47,943 bases of DNA from an archaeon (GCA_011049195.1 DSCG01000004.1:1-47943); one strand, 5' to 3'. Positions 26,425 to 34,748 are shown, counted from the first letter of the stretch. The notes: generated from the letters alone by a model not told the origin. Made by a program: numbers and translations.

Positions 26425-27543
26425 ATGATGATTGGTGAATGGGAGCTGAAATTGAATCGGGAGTTTGGCAGGAAGGTGGCCAAGTGGTCGGCCTGGGTTG
26501 CAGGTCTGATGCTTTTTCTGGCGATGACCTGGCAGGTGGGAGTCATTCACTTTGAAAAAGTCCAGCGAACCCCTGCGACCTCTTGTGGCAATCTGGTCTG
26601 TGAAGGGGGGGAGGAACTGGTTTGTCCTGATTGCGTCCCTGGGACGGTGCTGGTAAATCAGGAGCCTATCCTGAACCTGAAAGTTGACAAGGGTTATATT
26701 TACTATTCTTACTGCACCACCGTCAGGTCAGGCAAACAGGTCCTGCGGATTTACCGGATGACCACGGAGGGTCTGGGCAGGAAGCTGTTTTATGAAGGAG
26801 AGCTGGCGGAATGCACCAACGACCTGCTTGTGGATGACCGTCTGGTTTATGTGGCGGGCAGGGAAACCAACAGCTCCCCTTTCCGTATTTTTGGTATCTC
26901 CCTAACAAACGGGGAAAGGGTGACTCTGGCCGAAATCAGGCCGGGCAAATTCAACGAAACCTTTCACCATATGATGAAGGATGACTACATGCTCTACTGG
27001 ACCACTCTCACGGCAGAGGGACAGGGTCAGACCCGGGTCTACCGCCTCGGGGATGAAGGACAGGAGCTTTACATGGTCCTGTCGGAAGGCGGGGTTTCCA
27101 GGGACATTATCTACCATCTCAAAGACGGGGTGCTTTACTATGCCTATTCAGGGTGGAATTCCTCAGAGGAAAATCTGAACAAGGGAATCGCCCTGGCTTT
27201 CGGCAATAACAGGCTGGTGCAGACCGACCGGACCCCTGACCAGCTCAGATGGGTGGCCTCAGGCAGAACCCTGGACCAGCTGGCGACTCTGACCAACACC
27301 ACCAACCTGCCAAACATCTACAGGTGGTCGGAGCTGTTTTATTTTATGCCGGAAAGGGAGAGGAGTGTATATGACAGGGTCTTCAGACTCAACCTGCAGA
27401 CTGACCAGGCCGAGCTTTTCATATCCCCGCCATTCCAGAACCCTGACCAGTGGACGGACCTGAAAGTGGATTTTGATGATAGGTATGTGTATTACCTTTA
27501 CCGCGGGCCCTACACTTTCATAGCGAAAAAGCTCATGGGTTAA
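26425..27543 (+). CDS. Membrane-anchored hypothetical protein with repeated YY-type (beta-propeller-like) motifs
   Basis: TM WSAWVAGLMLFLAMTW, then a Cys-rich stretch CGNLVCEGGEELVCPDC. Recurring motifs: YIYYSY, LVYVAG, MLYWTT, VLYYAY, YVYYLY. Start placed at MMIGEW. Confidence 0.5.
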   Translation: MMIGEWELKLNREFGRKVAKWSAWVAGLMLFLAMTWQVGVIHFEKVQRTPATSCGNLVCEGGEELVCPDCVPGTVLVNQEPILNLKVDKGYIYYSYCTTVRSGKQVLRIYRMTTEGLGRKLFYEGELAECTNDLLVDDRLVYVAGRETNSSPFRIFGISLTNGERVTLAEIRPGKFNETFHHMMKDDYMLYWTTLTAEGQGQTRVYRLGDEGQELYMVLSEGGVSRDIIYHLKDGVLYYAYSGWNSSEENLNKGIALAFGNNRLVQTDRTPDQLRWVASGRTLDQLATLTNTTNLPNIYRWSELFYFMPERERSVYDRVFRLNLQTDQAELFISPPFQNPDQWTDLKVDFDDRYVYYLYRGPYTFIAKKLMG

Positions 27544-27558
27544 TTTCCGACCTCAAAA

Positions 27559-27567
27559 GTTAAAAAC
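27559..27567 (+). promoter_or_regulatory. TATA-like box for tRNA-His
   Basis: GTTAAAAAC is centred about 27 nt upstream of the tRNA 5' end. Confidence 0.4.
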
Positions 27568-27590
27568 CATAAAGCCGGAAGGGTTGTGAT

Positions 27591-27665
27591 GGCTTGGGTG
27601 GTGTAGTCTGGTTAGCACGGGGGACTGTGGATCCCCCAGCCCGGGTCCGAATCCCGGCCCAGGCC
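27591..27665 (+). tRNA. tRNA-His (anticodon GTG) with genome-encoded G-1
   Basis: Hand-folded cloverleaf. G-1 (27591) pairs with C73 (27665). Acceptor stem gcttggg/cccaggc. D stem gtgt/gcac with loop agtctggtta. Anticodon stem gggga/tcccc with loop ctGTGga. 4-nt variable loop. T stem ccggg/cccgg with loop tccgaat. No encoded CCA and no intron. Confidence 0.9.
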
Positions 27666-27685
27666 CAACGGAAATCCGTTGACAC
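27642..27685 (+). repeat. Direct repeat copy 1: tRNA-His T-arm, 3' acceptor strand and 20 nt of 3' flank
   Basis: CGGGTCCGAATCCCGGCCCAGGCCCAACGGAAATCCGTTGACAC. The 3' flank contains the small hairpin AACGG-aaat-CCGTT. Confidence 0.95.
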
Positions 27686-27757
27686 TTTTGACCGCCTTCG
27701 CTCACGCCACGCGCTCGGCGGTCAGTGGGGGTCTTAAAGGGATGAAGCCCCTTACTT

Positions 27758-27801
27758 CGGGTCTGAATCCCGGCCCAGGCCCAACGGAAATCCGTTGACA
27801 C
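27758..27801 (+). repeat. Direct repeat copy 2 (43 of 44 identical), 116 bp downstream of copy 1
   Basis: CGGGTCTGAATCCCGGCCCAGGCCCAACGGAAATCCGTTGACAC, with a single C-to-T difference. No matching 5' acceptor strand lies upstream, so this is not a complete tRNA. Confidence 0.95.
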
Positions 27802-27820
27802 GGTCGTAAGGGGGTAAATC

Positions 27821-27849
27821 CTCTTACCTCGGGTCCGACCTGTCCCGAG
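27821..27849 (+). repeat. Degenerate third copy of the tRNA-3'-like element
   Basis: CTCTTACCTCGGGTCCGACCTGTCCCGAG aligns with CCCTTACTTCGGGTCTGAATCCCGG of copy 2. It forms the hairpin CTCGGG...CCCGAG. Confidence 0.6.
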
Positions 27850-27896
27850 TCGCAGGAGCATGCAAAAACCCATAAAGACCTAAAAGGTTGCATGAC

Positions 27897-28373
27897 ATGG
27901 AGGAACAACTGCTCCGCAGTATGGGTTTTGGAGTGACTTCAGGAGTCATCACCACCCTCGGCCTGATAGTGGGTTTGGATGCCTCCACCGGCTCCCGCAT
28001 GGTGGTGCTGGGGGGTATATTGTCTATCGCCATCGCCGACGCCCTGTCAGATGCCACAGGCATGCACATCTCGGAGGAGGCGGTTTCGGGGGAAGGTGAA
28101 AAAATCTGGGGGGCTATGGGACTGACCTTCCTTTTCAAATTGCTGATGGCCCTTACATTCACCGTCCCCGTGGTCTTCCTGACGTTGCAGACGGCGGTGG
28201 TAGTCAATATAGTATGGGGCCTGTCGGTTCTGGCCGTGCTCAGTTGGAGGCTGGCCCGTCACAAGGGAGAAAATCCTTGGTTTTCCGTAGGCGAACACCT
28301 GGCAATTGCTCTTGGAGTGGTGGTTATCACCCGGTTGGTCGGCCTTTGGATAAAGGGTATTTTCGGTGGCTGA
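27897..28373 (+). CDS. VIT1/CCC1-family (DUF125) membrane protein, putative Fe/Mn transporter
   Basis: GFGVTSGVITTLGLIVGL and SIAIADALSDATG motifs plus C-terminal TM helices. The ATG at 27897 is preferred over the TTG at 27888. Confidence 0.65.
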   Translation: MEEQLLRSMGFGVTSGVITTLGLIVGLDASTGSRMVVLGGILSIAIADALSDATGMHISEEAVSGEGEKIWGAMGLTFLFKLLMALTFTVPVVFLTLQTAVVVNIVWGLSVLAVLSWRLARHKGENPWFSVGEHLAIALGVVVITRLVGLWIKGIFGG

Positions 28374-28384
28374 TTTTAAGAAGA

Positions 28385-28590
28385 GTGGCTCCCCGGCAGT
28401 TGAAGCCGGGAGAGCTCAATAATCTGTACCGGGCACCATTCCGGTAATTCTCGGACCTTCAACGGGCCCATCCCCAAACCGCTTGATGAACCCTCCACCC
28501 AAGTCCGCAGGTTCCGGTTTCCACCCCATGCGGGTGGCCCGAAGACCATGACAGTCCATAGACTAACCGGCTTTATAACTTTTTAGTTAT
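28385..28590. ncRNA. Candidate structured RNA, identity and strand unresolved
   Basis: A 230-bp non-coding gap with several GC-rich hairpins: GCTCCCCGG-9nt-CCGGGaGAGC at about 28388-28416, TACCGG-8nt-CCGGTA at about 28427-28446, and CCACCC-catgc-GGGTGG at about 28522-28538. TATA-like and T-rich elements lie at both ends. Confidence 0.25.
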
Positions 28591-28605
28591 GCTTCACCAA
28601 AAGGC

Positions 28606-28998
28606 TCAAATCAGGAGCCGGACAGTCTGGAAGGTTTTGCCCGTAGCTATACCTTCAATAATGCTTTTCAGGGTGGTAGGGTCTATTTCCGGCACGTTGG
28701 CACCTATCAGATGGCAATTTTCCCCTTCCATTATCTCAAAAAGCAGTTCAAAGCGTTTCTGACCTGAACTGGCCACCAGAACAAAATAGTTTTTACCCCG
28801 GGCATCCTCCCCACCTTCCTTGCGTATCTTCTGGATGCCCGCGACAACGGTGGAATATGTTTTGCCCTCCTTAATTTTACTACCAATGACCTCCAAAAAC
28901 CGGGACTGGGCTATCACCCGGGCCTGACTGACATCGGGAAAAATCTTGCTCACACCCACGGGCTCTTTGTGATATTCAACAGTCCAGCTACCGACCAT
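28606..28998 (-). CDS. Hypothetical protein downstream of lemA and the DUF2207 gene
   Basis: 130-aa ORF with an ATG start, 30 nt after the DUF2207 stop on the same strand. No motif recognised. Confidence 0.5.
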   Translation of the reverse strand: MVGSWTVEYHKEPVGVSKIFPDVSQARVIAQSRFLEVIGSKIKEGKTYSTVVAGIQKIRKEGGEDARGKNYFVLVASSGQKRFELLFEIMEGENCHLIGANVPEIDPTTLKSIIEGIATGKTFQTVRLLI

Positions 28999-29028
28999 TA
29001 AAGAAAGGGGACAAGGTGTCTAAAATAA

Positions 29029-30717
29029 CTAACGGGCCCCACCACCACCGCCTCCAAAACCGCCACCAACTCCCCCTGAAAAACCCCTGGCTCCGCTACT
29101 GGCGGTCTTGGTGGCCAGCTGGGCCCTGGCGTGGGAACGGAGGGCGGAATAGTAGAACCAGGACATGTCCCCGCGGGTGGCGGGTGGCAGGTAGGGCAGG
29201 CTGACCCGAAGGGTCGCCATTCTTTTCAGAACCTTGTCAGCCGTGCCGAAGAGGGTGGCGAAAACCAGCCACTCACCCCACATGGACAGGTCTTCAGGCT
29301 GGTACTTCTCCATCATGGAGTAATCGGACAGGAGTTTGCGGAAGGCCTCCCATTCACGCCGTTCCTTGATGGCCTCCCGGGTGTATTTGCCGAAGACATA
29401 AGTGTCCAGCATGAACTTGAAGGCCATGAGCATGGCCTGTGAAATCAGGAGGAAAATCAGGTAGGGGGCGGCGGAGGCGAAAAGTGAAGCCAGCACTAAG
29501 CTCAGCACCAGGAAGCCAGCCATCAGGCCGGTCACCCACCATGACGCCCGGGGGTCGTAGATTTTTGTGAATTCACTTTTCATCCCAGGAAGGGGGCGAT
29601 TGAGCTGGTCAATCTGATGGGAGAGGTCCATAATCCGGGTGCTGGACAGTTTTGAGATTTCCTTTTTGAAAGCTGTCATGTCCGGGTGGGCCCGGTAGAA
29701 ATCCAGCAGGCGGGCCTCAAAGGGGGTGAGCGGGTGCTTGGCAGAGTCCAAGTCAGTGACCTGAACCGGCTGTCCGGGCTGACCCAGCTTCAGGTGGCCC
29801 CGCCTGACCAGGTCAAGGAGGGTGGCGTCAACGGCCTTGGGGTCTATGACCTTGCCGGGGCGGTCCCCGAACAGGTAACTAACCTCGTAGGGCCGGCGTT
29901 TGGCGGGGGCGTAGTGGAGCACTTCAGGAAGGCCGGAAACCTCCTCCTCGCGGGAGAAGCGGAAGAAAAGGTAGATAATGACTGCAAATTCAACGGCTGT
30001 TAGGCCGAAAATTACCAACTTGCCGTGGCGGGCCATCCAGGTGTATGGGATGGCCTGGCAGAGATAACGGGTGGTTTCAGCGTCAAGGCCAGTCAGAGTG
30101 CCGAACTGGCCTGAAAGGGGTTTGGCAGGAGTTGTAAGAAAGACCTCCATGAGGCCTCCCTTATAGATACTTCCCAGGTCGTGGGAAGAGCCAGAGGAGG
30201 CTCGGGGCATGGGGGTTGAAAGGAAAGTAAGGGTTTCCCCACCCACATTCACATTTATGTTTTCAATCCGGGTGCCGAAGTCGTCAAGAACTTTCCAGTG
30301 AAGGACGCATCGACCGGAGGCGGATTCACAATAGTAAGGACGCGGGATGGTGTAAGTGAATGAAAGAGTGTAGGTGCCGGGGGAGTAGCCAGAATCAGAA
30401 CGGCATATAAGCTCCAGATAATTACCAGCTCTTTGTGAATAGTAACGGGTGCCGGGGGGGCATGTCTGGGTCAGGGGTTGCAGGCTGGCTTGTGGGCCGT
30501 CAAGAAGATAGGAACGATAGAGTTCATGAAAGCCGGTTTCGGTTATGACGTAAGTCAGAGTTTCGGTGGAGGTGATGAAAGTGTCGTTCAGATTGAGGTT
30601 AAGATTGAAGTCGGTGACGTAATACTCTGATGGGCCGTGGCCGTAGGGCACGACGGTGATGAGCAGAAAAACTAAAGGAATAAAAAGAATAAAGAAAAGT
30701 CGGGTCCGTTCTTCCAT
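29029..30717 (-). CDS. DUF2207-family membrane protein
   Basis: N-terminal TM, an extracytoplasmic domain, a central TM cluster and a Gly-rich C-terminal tail (SGGVGGGFGGGGGGAR) typical of DUF2207. Lies next to lemA. Start placed at MEERTR (ATG 30717). Confidence 0.7.
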   Translation of the reverse strand: MEERTRLFFILFIPLVFLLITVVPYGHGPSEYYVTDFNLNLNLNDTFITSTETLTYVITETGFHELYRSYLLDGPQASLQPLTQTCPPGTRYYSQRAGNYLELICRSDSGYSPGTYTLSFTYTIPRPYYCESASGRCVLHWKVLDDFGTRIENINVNVGGETLTFLSTPMPRASSGSSHDLGSIYKGGLMEVFLTTPAKPLSGQFGTLTGLDAETTRYLCQAIPYTWMARHGKLVIFGLTAVEFAVIIYLFFRFSREEEVSGLPEVLHYAPAKRRPYEVSYLFGDRPGKVIDPKAVDATLLDLVRRGHLKLGQPGQPVQVTDLDSAKHPLTPFEARLLDFYRAHPDMTAFKKEISKLSSTRIMDLSHQIDQLNRPLPGMKSEFTKIYDPRASWWVTGLMAGFLVLSLVLASLFASAAPYLIFLLISQAMLMAFKFMLDTYVFGKYTREAIKERREWEAFRKLLSDYSMMEKYQPEDLSMWGEWLVFATLFGTADKVLKRMATLRVSLPYLPPATRGDMSWFYYSALRSHARAQLATKTASSGARGFSGGVGGGFGGGGGGAR

Positions 30718-30737
30718 GGCGTGTGCCTCCACAGACC

Positions 30738-31286
30738 TCAGAAAACTTTGGTGTCCGGCCTTTTCTCAATGCCTTCCTCAAACTGGAGGTAGTCCTTCTT
30801 GGTGAAGCGGAAAATGCCCGCCACGATGTTGGTGGGTATTCTTTCAGTCATCACGTTGAAGGTCTGCACCTGGTCGTTGTAGAGATAGCGCATGCGGGAA
30901 ATTTCGTCCTCCAGGCTCTGGATGCTGTCCTGAAGGGGCTTGACAGTCTCCATGGCTTTCAACTTGGGGTAGTTCTCGGCCACGGCCACAATCTTGCCAA
31001 AGACCGTACGGGCCAGCCCGTCGGCCTCCTGCAACCCCTGAGGCGTATCCAGGTTCATGTTCCTCATGCGGGTCACCCCTTCCAGGGTTGACTTCTCGAA
31101 TTTGAGGTAGCTGGAGGTCGTGTCCACCAGCTGGCCAATCATGTCGGCCCTTTTTTTCATGGCCACCTTTATCTGGTTGAAGGTGTTCTCAATGCCGTTG
31201 CGGAGGCCCACAAAACGGTTGTAGCTTCCGAAAACCAACAGCATCAGGACCACCGCAACCACGGCGGCAATTATCCATCCTATCAT
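30738..31286 (-). CDS. lemA: LemA family protein
   Basis: N-terminal TM plus YNRFVGLRNGIENTFNQIKVAMKKRADMI, the LemA signature region. Confidence 0.85.
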   Translation of the reverse strand: MIGWIIAAVVAVVLMLLVFGSYNRFVGLRNGIENTFNQIKVAMKKRADMIGQLVDTTSSYLKFEKSTLEGVTRMRNMNLDTPQGLQEADGLARTVFGKIVAVAENYPKLKAMETVKPLQDSIQSLEDEISRMRYLYNDQVQTFNVMTERIPTNIVAGIFRFTKKDYLQFEEGIEKRPDTKVF

Positions 31287-31383
31287 GGAAAGGGGATGAG
31301 GAGGAGGCTATTAAAGCTTGCCTTTGCCGGGAACCGCCCGGTGGAAAAAATTTCCAAAACCGTTATTTAGATCGGCAAATAAA

Positions 31384-31845
31384 ATGAGTATGGACGCTCA
31401 AAACAAAAAAATAGTCGGCCTTTTGTGGAAGGATGGCCGGATGAAGCTCAAAGACATCTCCAAAAAGGTTAACCTGCCCGTGACTACCGTCTTCAATCGC
31501 CTGAAGAAAATGCAGGACACCGGTCTGGTCCGGGTGCGGGCCGAGGTGGACTGGAAACAGCTGGGCTACGGGCTGGAAGCCTTTGTGTTCCTGAATGTAG
31601 ATACCTCCTCGCGGAGGGTGAACCAGGAGAAGCTGGCCCAGGACTTGGCTCGGGCTCCCGGTGTGCTGGAAGCCTCAGTGGTGACCGGCAGTAAGGACCT
31701 CATCCTGCGGGTGGTCAGCAAGGACATGGACGAGCTGAGCGACCTGGTGCTCAAGAAACTGCGGGACTTTGACGGGGTGGCTTCCACGGAAACCTTAGTA
31801 ATCATGAAAAAGGCCGAAGCTGACCGTTCACTTTTCATGCGGTAG
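31384..31845 (+). CDS. Lrp/AsnC family transcriptional regulator
   Basis: An HTH (KLKDISKKVNLPVTTVFNRLKKMQDTGLV) followed by a RAM/ACT-like domain. Start placed at MSMDAQ rather than the TTG at 31318. Confidence 0.8.
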   Translation: MSMDAQNKKIVGLLWKDGRMKLKDISKKVNLPVTTVFNRLKKMQDTGLVRVRAEVDWKQLGYGLEAFVFLNVDTSSRRVNQEKLAQDLARAPGVLEASVVTGSKDLILRVVSKDMDELSDLVLKKLRDFDGVASTETLVIMKKAEADRSLFMR

Positions 31846-32103
31846 GTTGGCTGTCTTCGGCTTTGGGTTGGTTGTGTCAGGGATTAACACCACTTTTTTG
31901 CGGGAGGTTTGGCCGGACACCAGCCTGATGCAGGAAACGGGCAGGCCGAGGTGGCGGGCTAATAATTTCAGGACGGCCAGATTGGCTTGGTTGTTTTCAG
32001 GGCGGGCCCTCGTCCAGACTTCGGCATGGCCGGCCTCTTTGTCCAGAACGACCCGGTCCTCCCCTGCTCCGGGATGGACCCTGACTTCAAGTTTCACGTC
32101 CAC
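31828..32103 (-). CDS. DUF167 (YggU/UPF0235) family protein
   Basis: 91 aa, GTG start. VRVHPGAGEDRV ... GQTSRKKVVLI matches the DUF167 pattern. Confidence 0.7.
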   Translation of the reverse strand: MDVKLEVRVHPGAGEDRVVLDKEAGHAEVWTRARPENNQANLAVLKLLARHLGLPVSCIRLVSGQTSRKKVVLIPDTTNPKPKTANLPHEK

Positions 32104-32810
32104 ACCCGGAACATCCTGAAGTCCGCGGTCTCCACATCGGCTATAAGCAACTCCCCGTCCTCCATCTCCACCCAGTCCCGGGTCTTCAGGGGAGAAGAAG
32201 AAACCTGAAGGGTGGAGAAGCCGTTGTCGTGGTGCCTGTAAAAGAGGCGGTTGTCCTTGCCGTATTTCATTTTGAAGGCAAAAAGTTTGGCTCCGTCTGT
32301 GAGCAGGAAGTTGAGAGTGGAGGCCCGGAGCTCTCCCGACGCCACCTGACGGTCCAGCTTGCGGAAGGCCGTCCGGATGCCAAAGAGGGGCCGCTTGTGG
32401 TCGTCTATGTGCTGGATGATGAAATGCATGAGGGCCTCGGAGTCGGTGTCCCCCTCCAACCTGTCGTAGCCGCCCCTCAGCTGGTACTTGAGGGCGCGGG
32501 AGATTGAGCCGTTGTGGGCAAAAATATAGTCACGGAAGTGGAAAGGATGGGCGTTCACTTCCCGGATATTACCCTTGGTCATCTTGCGCAGGTGGGCCAC
32601 CACCACGGGGGAAACGGCCTGGCGGGCCACCCTCAGATAAGACGAATCGTAGAGAGCCTGTCGGGGGCTTTTCTGAATGATGGGCCCGTCTCGACCGAAC
32701 CAGCCTATGCCCCAACCATCAGAGTGGACGGTAGATAGGTGGCGGAAATAGAGCAGGTCCTCTTCAGGGGGTTGAGCGGGCGACGTAACCGTAGCAAATA
32801 ACCGACACAC
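32094..32810 (-). CDS. Class II (Ntn-type) glutamine amidotransferase, YafJ-like
   Basis: CRLFA...HSDGWGIGWF...AHLRKMTKG...NAHPF...FAHNGSI. I place the start at the GTG at 32810-32808, so that the catalytic Cys is residue 2. An ATG two codons upstream (32816) is the alternative. Confidence 0.7.
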   Translation of the reverse strand: MCRLFATVTSPAQPPEEDLLYFRHLSTVHSDGWGIGWFGRDGPIIQKSPRQALYDSSYLRVARQAVSPVVVAHLRKMTKGNIREVNAHPFHFRDYIFAHNGSISRALKYQLRGGYDRLEGDTDSEALMHFIIQHIDDHKRPLFGIRTAFRKLDRQVASGELRASTLNFLLTDGAKLFAFKMKYGKDNRLFYRHHDNGFSTLQVSSSPLKTRDWVEMEDGELLIADVETADFRMFRVWT

Positions 32811-32832
32811 AACCATAATAACGGACGAGGAA

Positions 32833-33366
32833 CTATTTTTGCTTTTGCGAAAAGAGGTCAGGCTTGAGAAAAGGGGCCAGAGCCAGATGGAGACTGTGTT
32901 TGCAGAAATCCAGACGGGTGATACGGTTGTCAGTGAAGACTCCCACAGCACCTTCCTTGTGCTTGATGTTGTGGGTGTTCATAAGACCGTCCATCACGGG
33001 GCCAAGCTCTCCGCCGTCCTTGATGCCCTTGGCCACGGGGGGTGGCAGTTCGTGCATGCCAGAGGTTCCCAGACCGACCCGGTCGTCAGGGTGGAGCACG
33101 GCGGTAGCGTTGAAAGACATAAGTCTGTCGCCCAGCCAGGTGAGGCCCCCTTCAAGGCCCACCCAGAAGTCGGCATCGGGAACCAGTTCACGGGCTGACT
33201 TGGCCCGGGCCAGTGCTCCCAAAAAGGTCTCGTTGCTGAAGGGCTGGTCTGAGACTCCGGATTCCGCGGGGACCCCCTTCACCTCCACATCACCGAAGTG
33301 GTCTGAGAACACTTCACGGACGGCCTGGAGCTTAACGGGGTTCTGGGAGCCCACTACGACTTTCAT
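32833..33366 (-). CDS. Inosine/xanthosine triphosphatase (YjjX/DUF84 family)
   Basis: MKVVVGSQNPVKLQAV, SGVSDQPF and VGLEGG motifs. Confidence 0.75.
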   Translation of the reverse strand: MKVVVGSQNPVKLQAVREVFSDHFGDVEVKGVPAESGVSDQPFSNETFLGALARAKSARELVPDADFWVGLEGGLTWLGDRLMSFNATAVLHPDDRVGLGTSGMHELPPPVAKGIKDGGELGPVMDGLMNTHNIKHKEGAVGVFTDNRITRLDFCKHSLHLALAPFLKPDLFSQKQK

Positions 33367-33423
33367 AGAAACCGTGAAGAGGATACCTTAAAAGAGTATA
33401 AGGCTTAGGTTGGAGTGGACCGT

Positions 33424-34248
33424 ATGAACTTCGCCACGGCGGGCATACCTTTGGAGTGCTCCGGCATGGGCTCCGAGGAGGGGGTGCGATGCGTCCGGAA
33501 ACTGGGTCTGGACGGCATGGAGCTGGAATTTGTCCGCGGAGTCAATATGGGGCTGGAACTGGCCGGCCGGGTGGGGCGGGTGGCCCGGGAACTGGACGTG
33601 GTGCTGACTGCACACGGGCCCTATTACATCAATTTACTGTCCAAGGAAAGGGCCAAACGGGAGGCCAGTGTGAAACGGGTGCTGGACACCGCCAGGGTTG
33701 CGGTGGCCGCCGGGGCCTGGTCCATCACCTACCACGCGGCATATTATCAGGGCCTGGGTAAAGAGAAAGCCTATCAACAGGTCAGGAAGCTTACGAAAGA
33801 GATAGTGGAAACTCTTCAGAGGGAGGGGGTGAAAATCTGGGTCCGGCCGGAGACCACGGGCAAGGCCACCCAGTGGGGGGACCTTGAGGAAATAGTGAAG
33901 CTGAGTCGGGATGTGGAGGGGGTCCTGCCCTGTGTGGATTTTTCACACCTGCACGCCCGGACGGCGGGCAAGTTCAACTCAAAAAGTGAATGGGAGGGGG
34001 TCATGAAAAAACTGGAGGATGGTTTGGGTAAAGAGGCTTTGAAAAACATGCACATCCATCTGTCCGGTATCAACTACGGCCAGAAGGGGGAGCTCAACCA
34101 CCTGGTGCTGGCGGACAGCGACCTGAAGTGGCAGGATTTGCTGGAAGTTCTGCGGGATTTTGGTTGTTGTGGCGTAGTGGTGTGCGAGAGTCCCAATATT
34201 GAAGGTGACGCCCTGCTTATGAAGGGGTTTTGGGAAAGTATGAGTTAG
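33424..34248 (+). CDS. nfo: Endonuclease IV-like AP endonuclease (xylose isomerase-like TIM barrel)
   Basis: The order of metal-ligand contexts resembles Nfo: HGPYYINL, ITYHAA, RPETTG, VDFSHLH, HIHLSG, NHL, VVCESP. Confidence 0.65.
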   Translation: MNFATAGIPLECSGMGSEEGVRCVRKLGLDGMELEFVRGVNMGLELAGRVGRVARELDVVLTAHGPYYINLLSKERAKREASVKRVLDTARVAVAAGAWSITYHAAYYQGLGKEKAYQQVRKLTKEIVETLQREGVKIWVRPETTGKATQWGDLEEIVKLSRDVEGVLPCVDFSHLHARTAGKFNSKSEWEGVMKKLEDGLGKEALKNMHIHLSGINYGQKGELNHLVLADSDLKWQDLLEVLRDFGCCGVVVCESPNIEGDALLMKGFWESMS

Positions 34249-34313
34249 GAAGGAGGCGCCTGCTGATGCAGAAGTTCTGGAAAGCCATTTAAGGCGGGAG
34301 GCTTAGTTCCAAC

Positions 34314-34748
34314 ATGACAGCCAATGTGCCCTTCTTCTTCGGCCTGGTCGCGGGAATCCTCGCAGGCGTGGTCAGTTTTATACGCAAACACAGCTGGCTC
34401 CGGGCTCTGGGAATGGCCCTGTTGTTTTTTGCAGGCTTCGCGATGCTCCCTCTGAACGGAATTTTTACAGGGGTTGTGCTGGCTTTAGCCCTGACTGAAC
34501 TGGCCTATCGGCTGACACGCAGGAAGTGGCTGTCCCTTCTGGTTGCCCTGCCGGGGGTGGTTCCGGCCGCCTGGGCATCTGCAGGTCTGTTCCAGCTTTA
34601 TTTTCTCCAGAATCTCTCGGCAACCAGTTTAGGGTCCGCTCTGGCCAAAGGTGTGGGGTTGGGCCTGCTACTATTATACTATGTGGGCAGTTCAATCGTG
34701 GGCTATCTGGCCACCGTAGTGGGGGTCACCCTGCTCAGAAAGGCTTAG
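34314..34748 (+). CDS. Integral membrane protein, hypothetical
   Basis: 144 aa with four or five hydrophobic helices. No motif recognised. Confidence 0.55.
   Translation: MTANVPFFFGLVAGILAGVVSFIRKHSWLRALGMALLFFAGFAMLPLNGIFTGVVLALALTELAYRLTRRKWLSLLVALPGVVPAAWASAGLFQLYFLQNLSATSLGSALAKGVGLGLLLLYYVGSSIVGYLATVVGVTLLRKA

Noticed and set aside
27686-27801. A second complete tRNA gene ending at repeat copy 2
   Set aside because: No 5' acceptor strand (GCYTGGG) or D-arm lies upstream. The candidate anticodon-stem region (GGGGT...GCCCC) encloses a 14-nt loop that fits neither a standard loop nor a bulge-helix-bulge intron.
27553-27908. Minus-strand ORFs of 106 and 68 aa
   Set aside because: They run antisense through tRNA-His and its duplicated 3' segments. 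Their repetitive peptide content simply mirrors the DNA repeats.
28374-28605. 5S rRNA or SRP RNA in the structured gap
   Set aside because: I could not find the conserved 5S loop sequences or the SRP helix-8 GGAA/AGCA motif on either strand. The region is also too short for SRP RNA. I kept it only as an unidentified RNA candidate.
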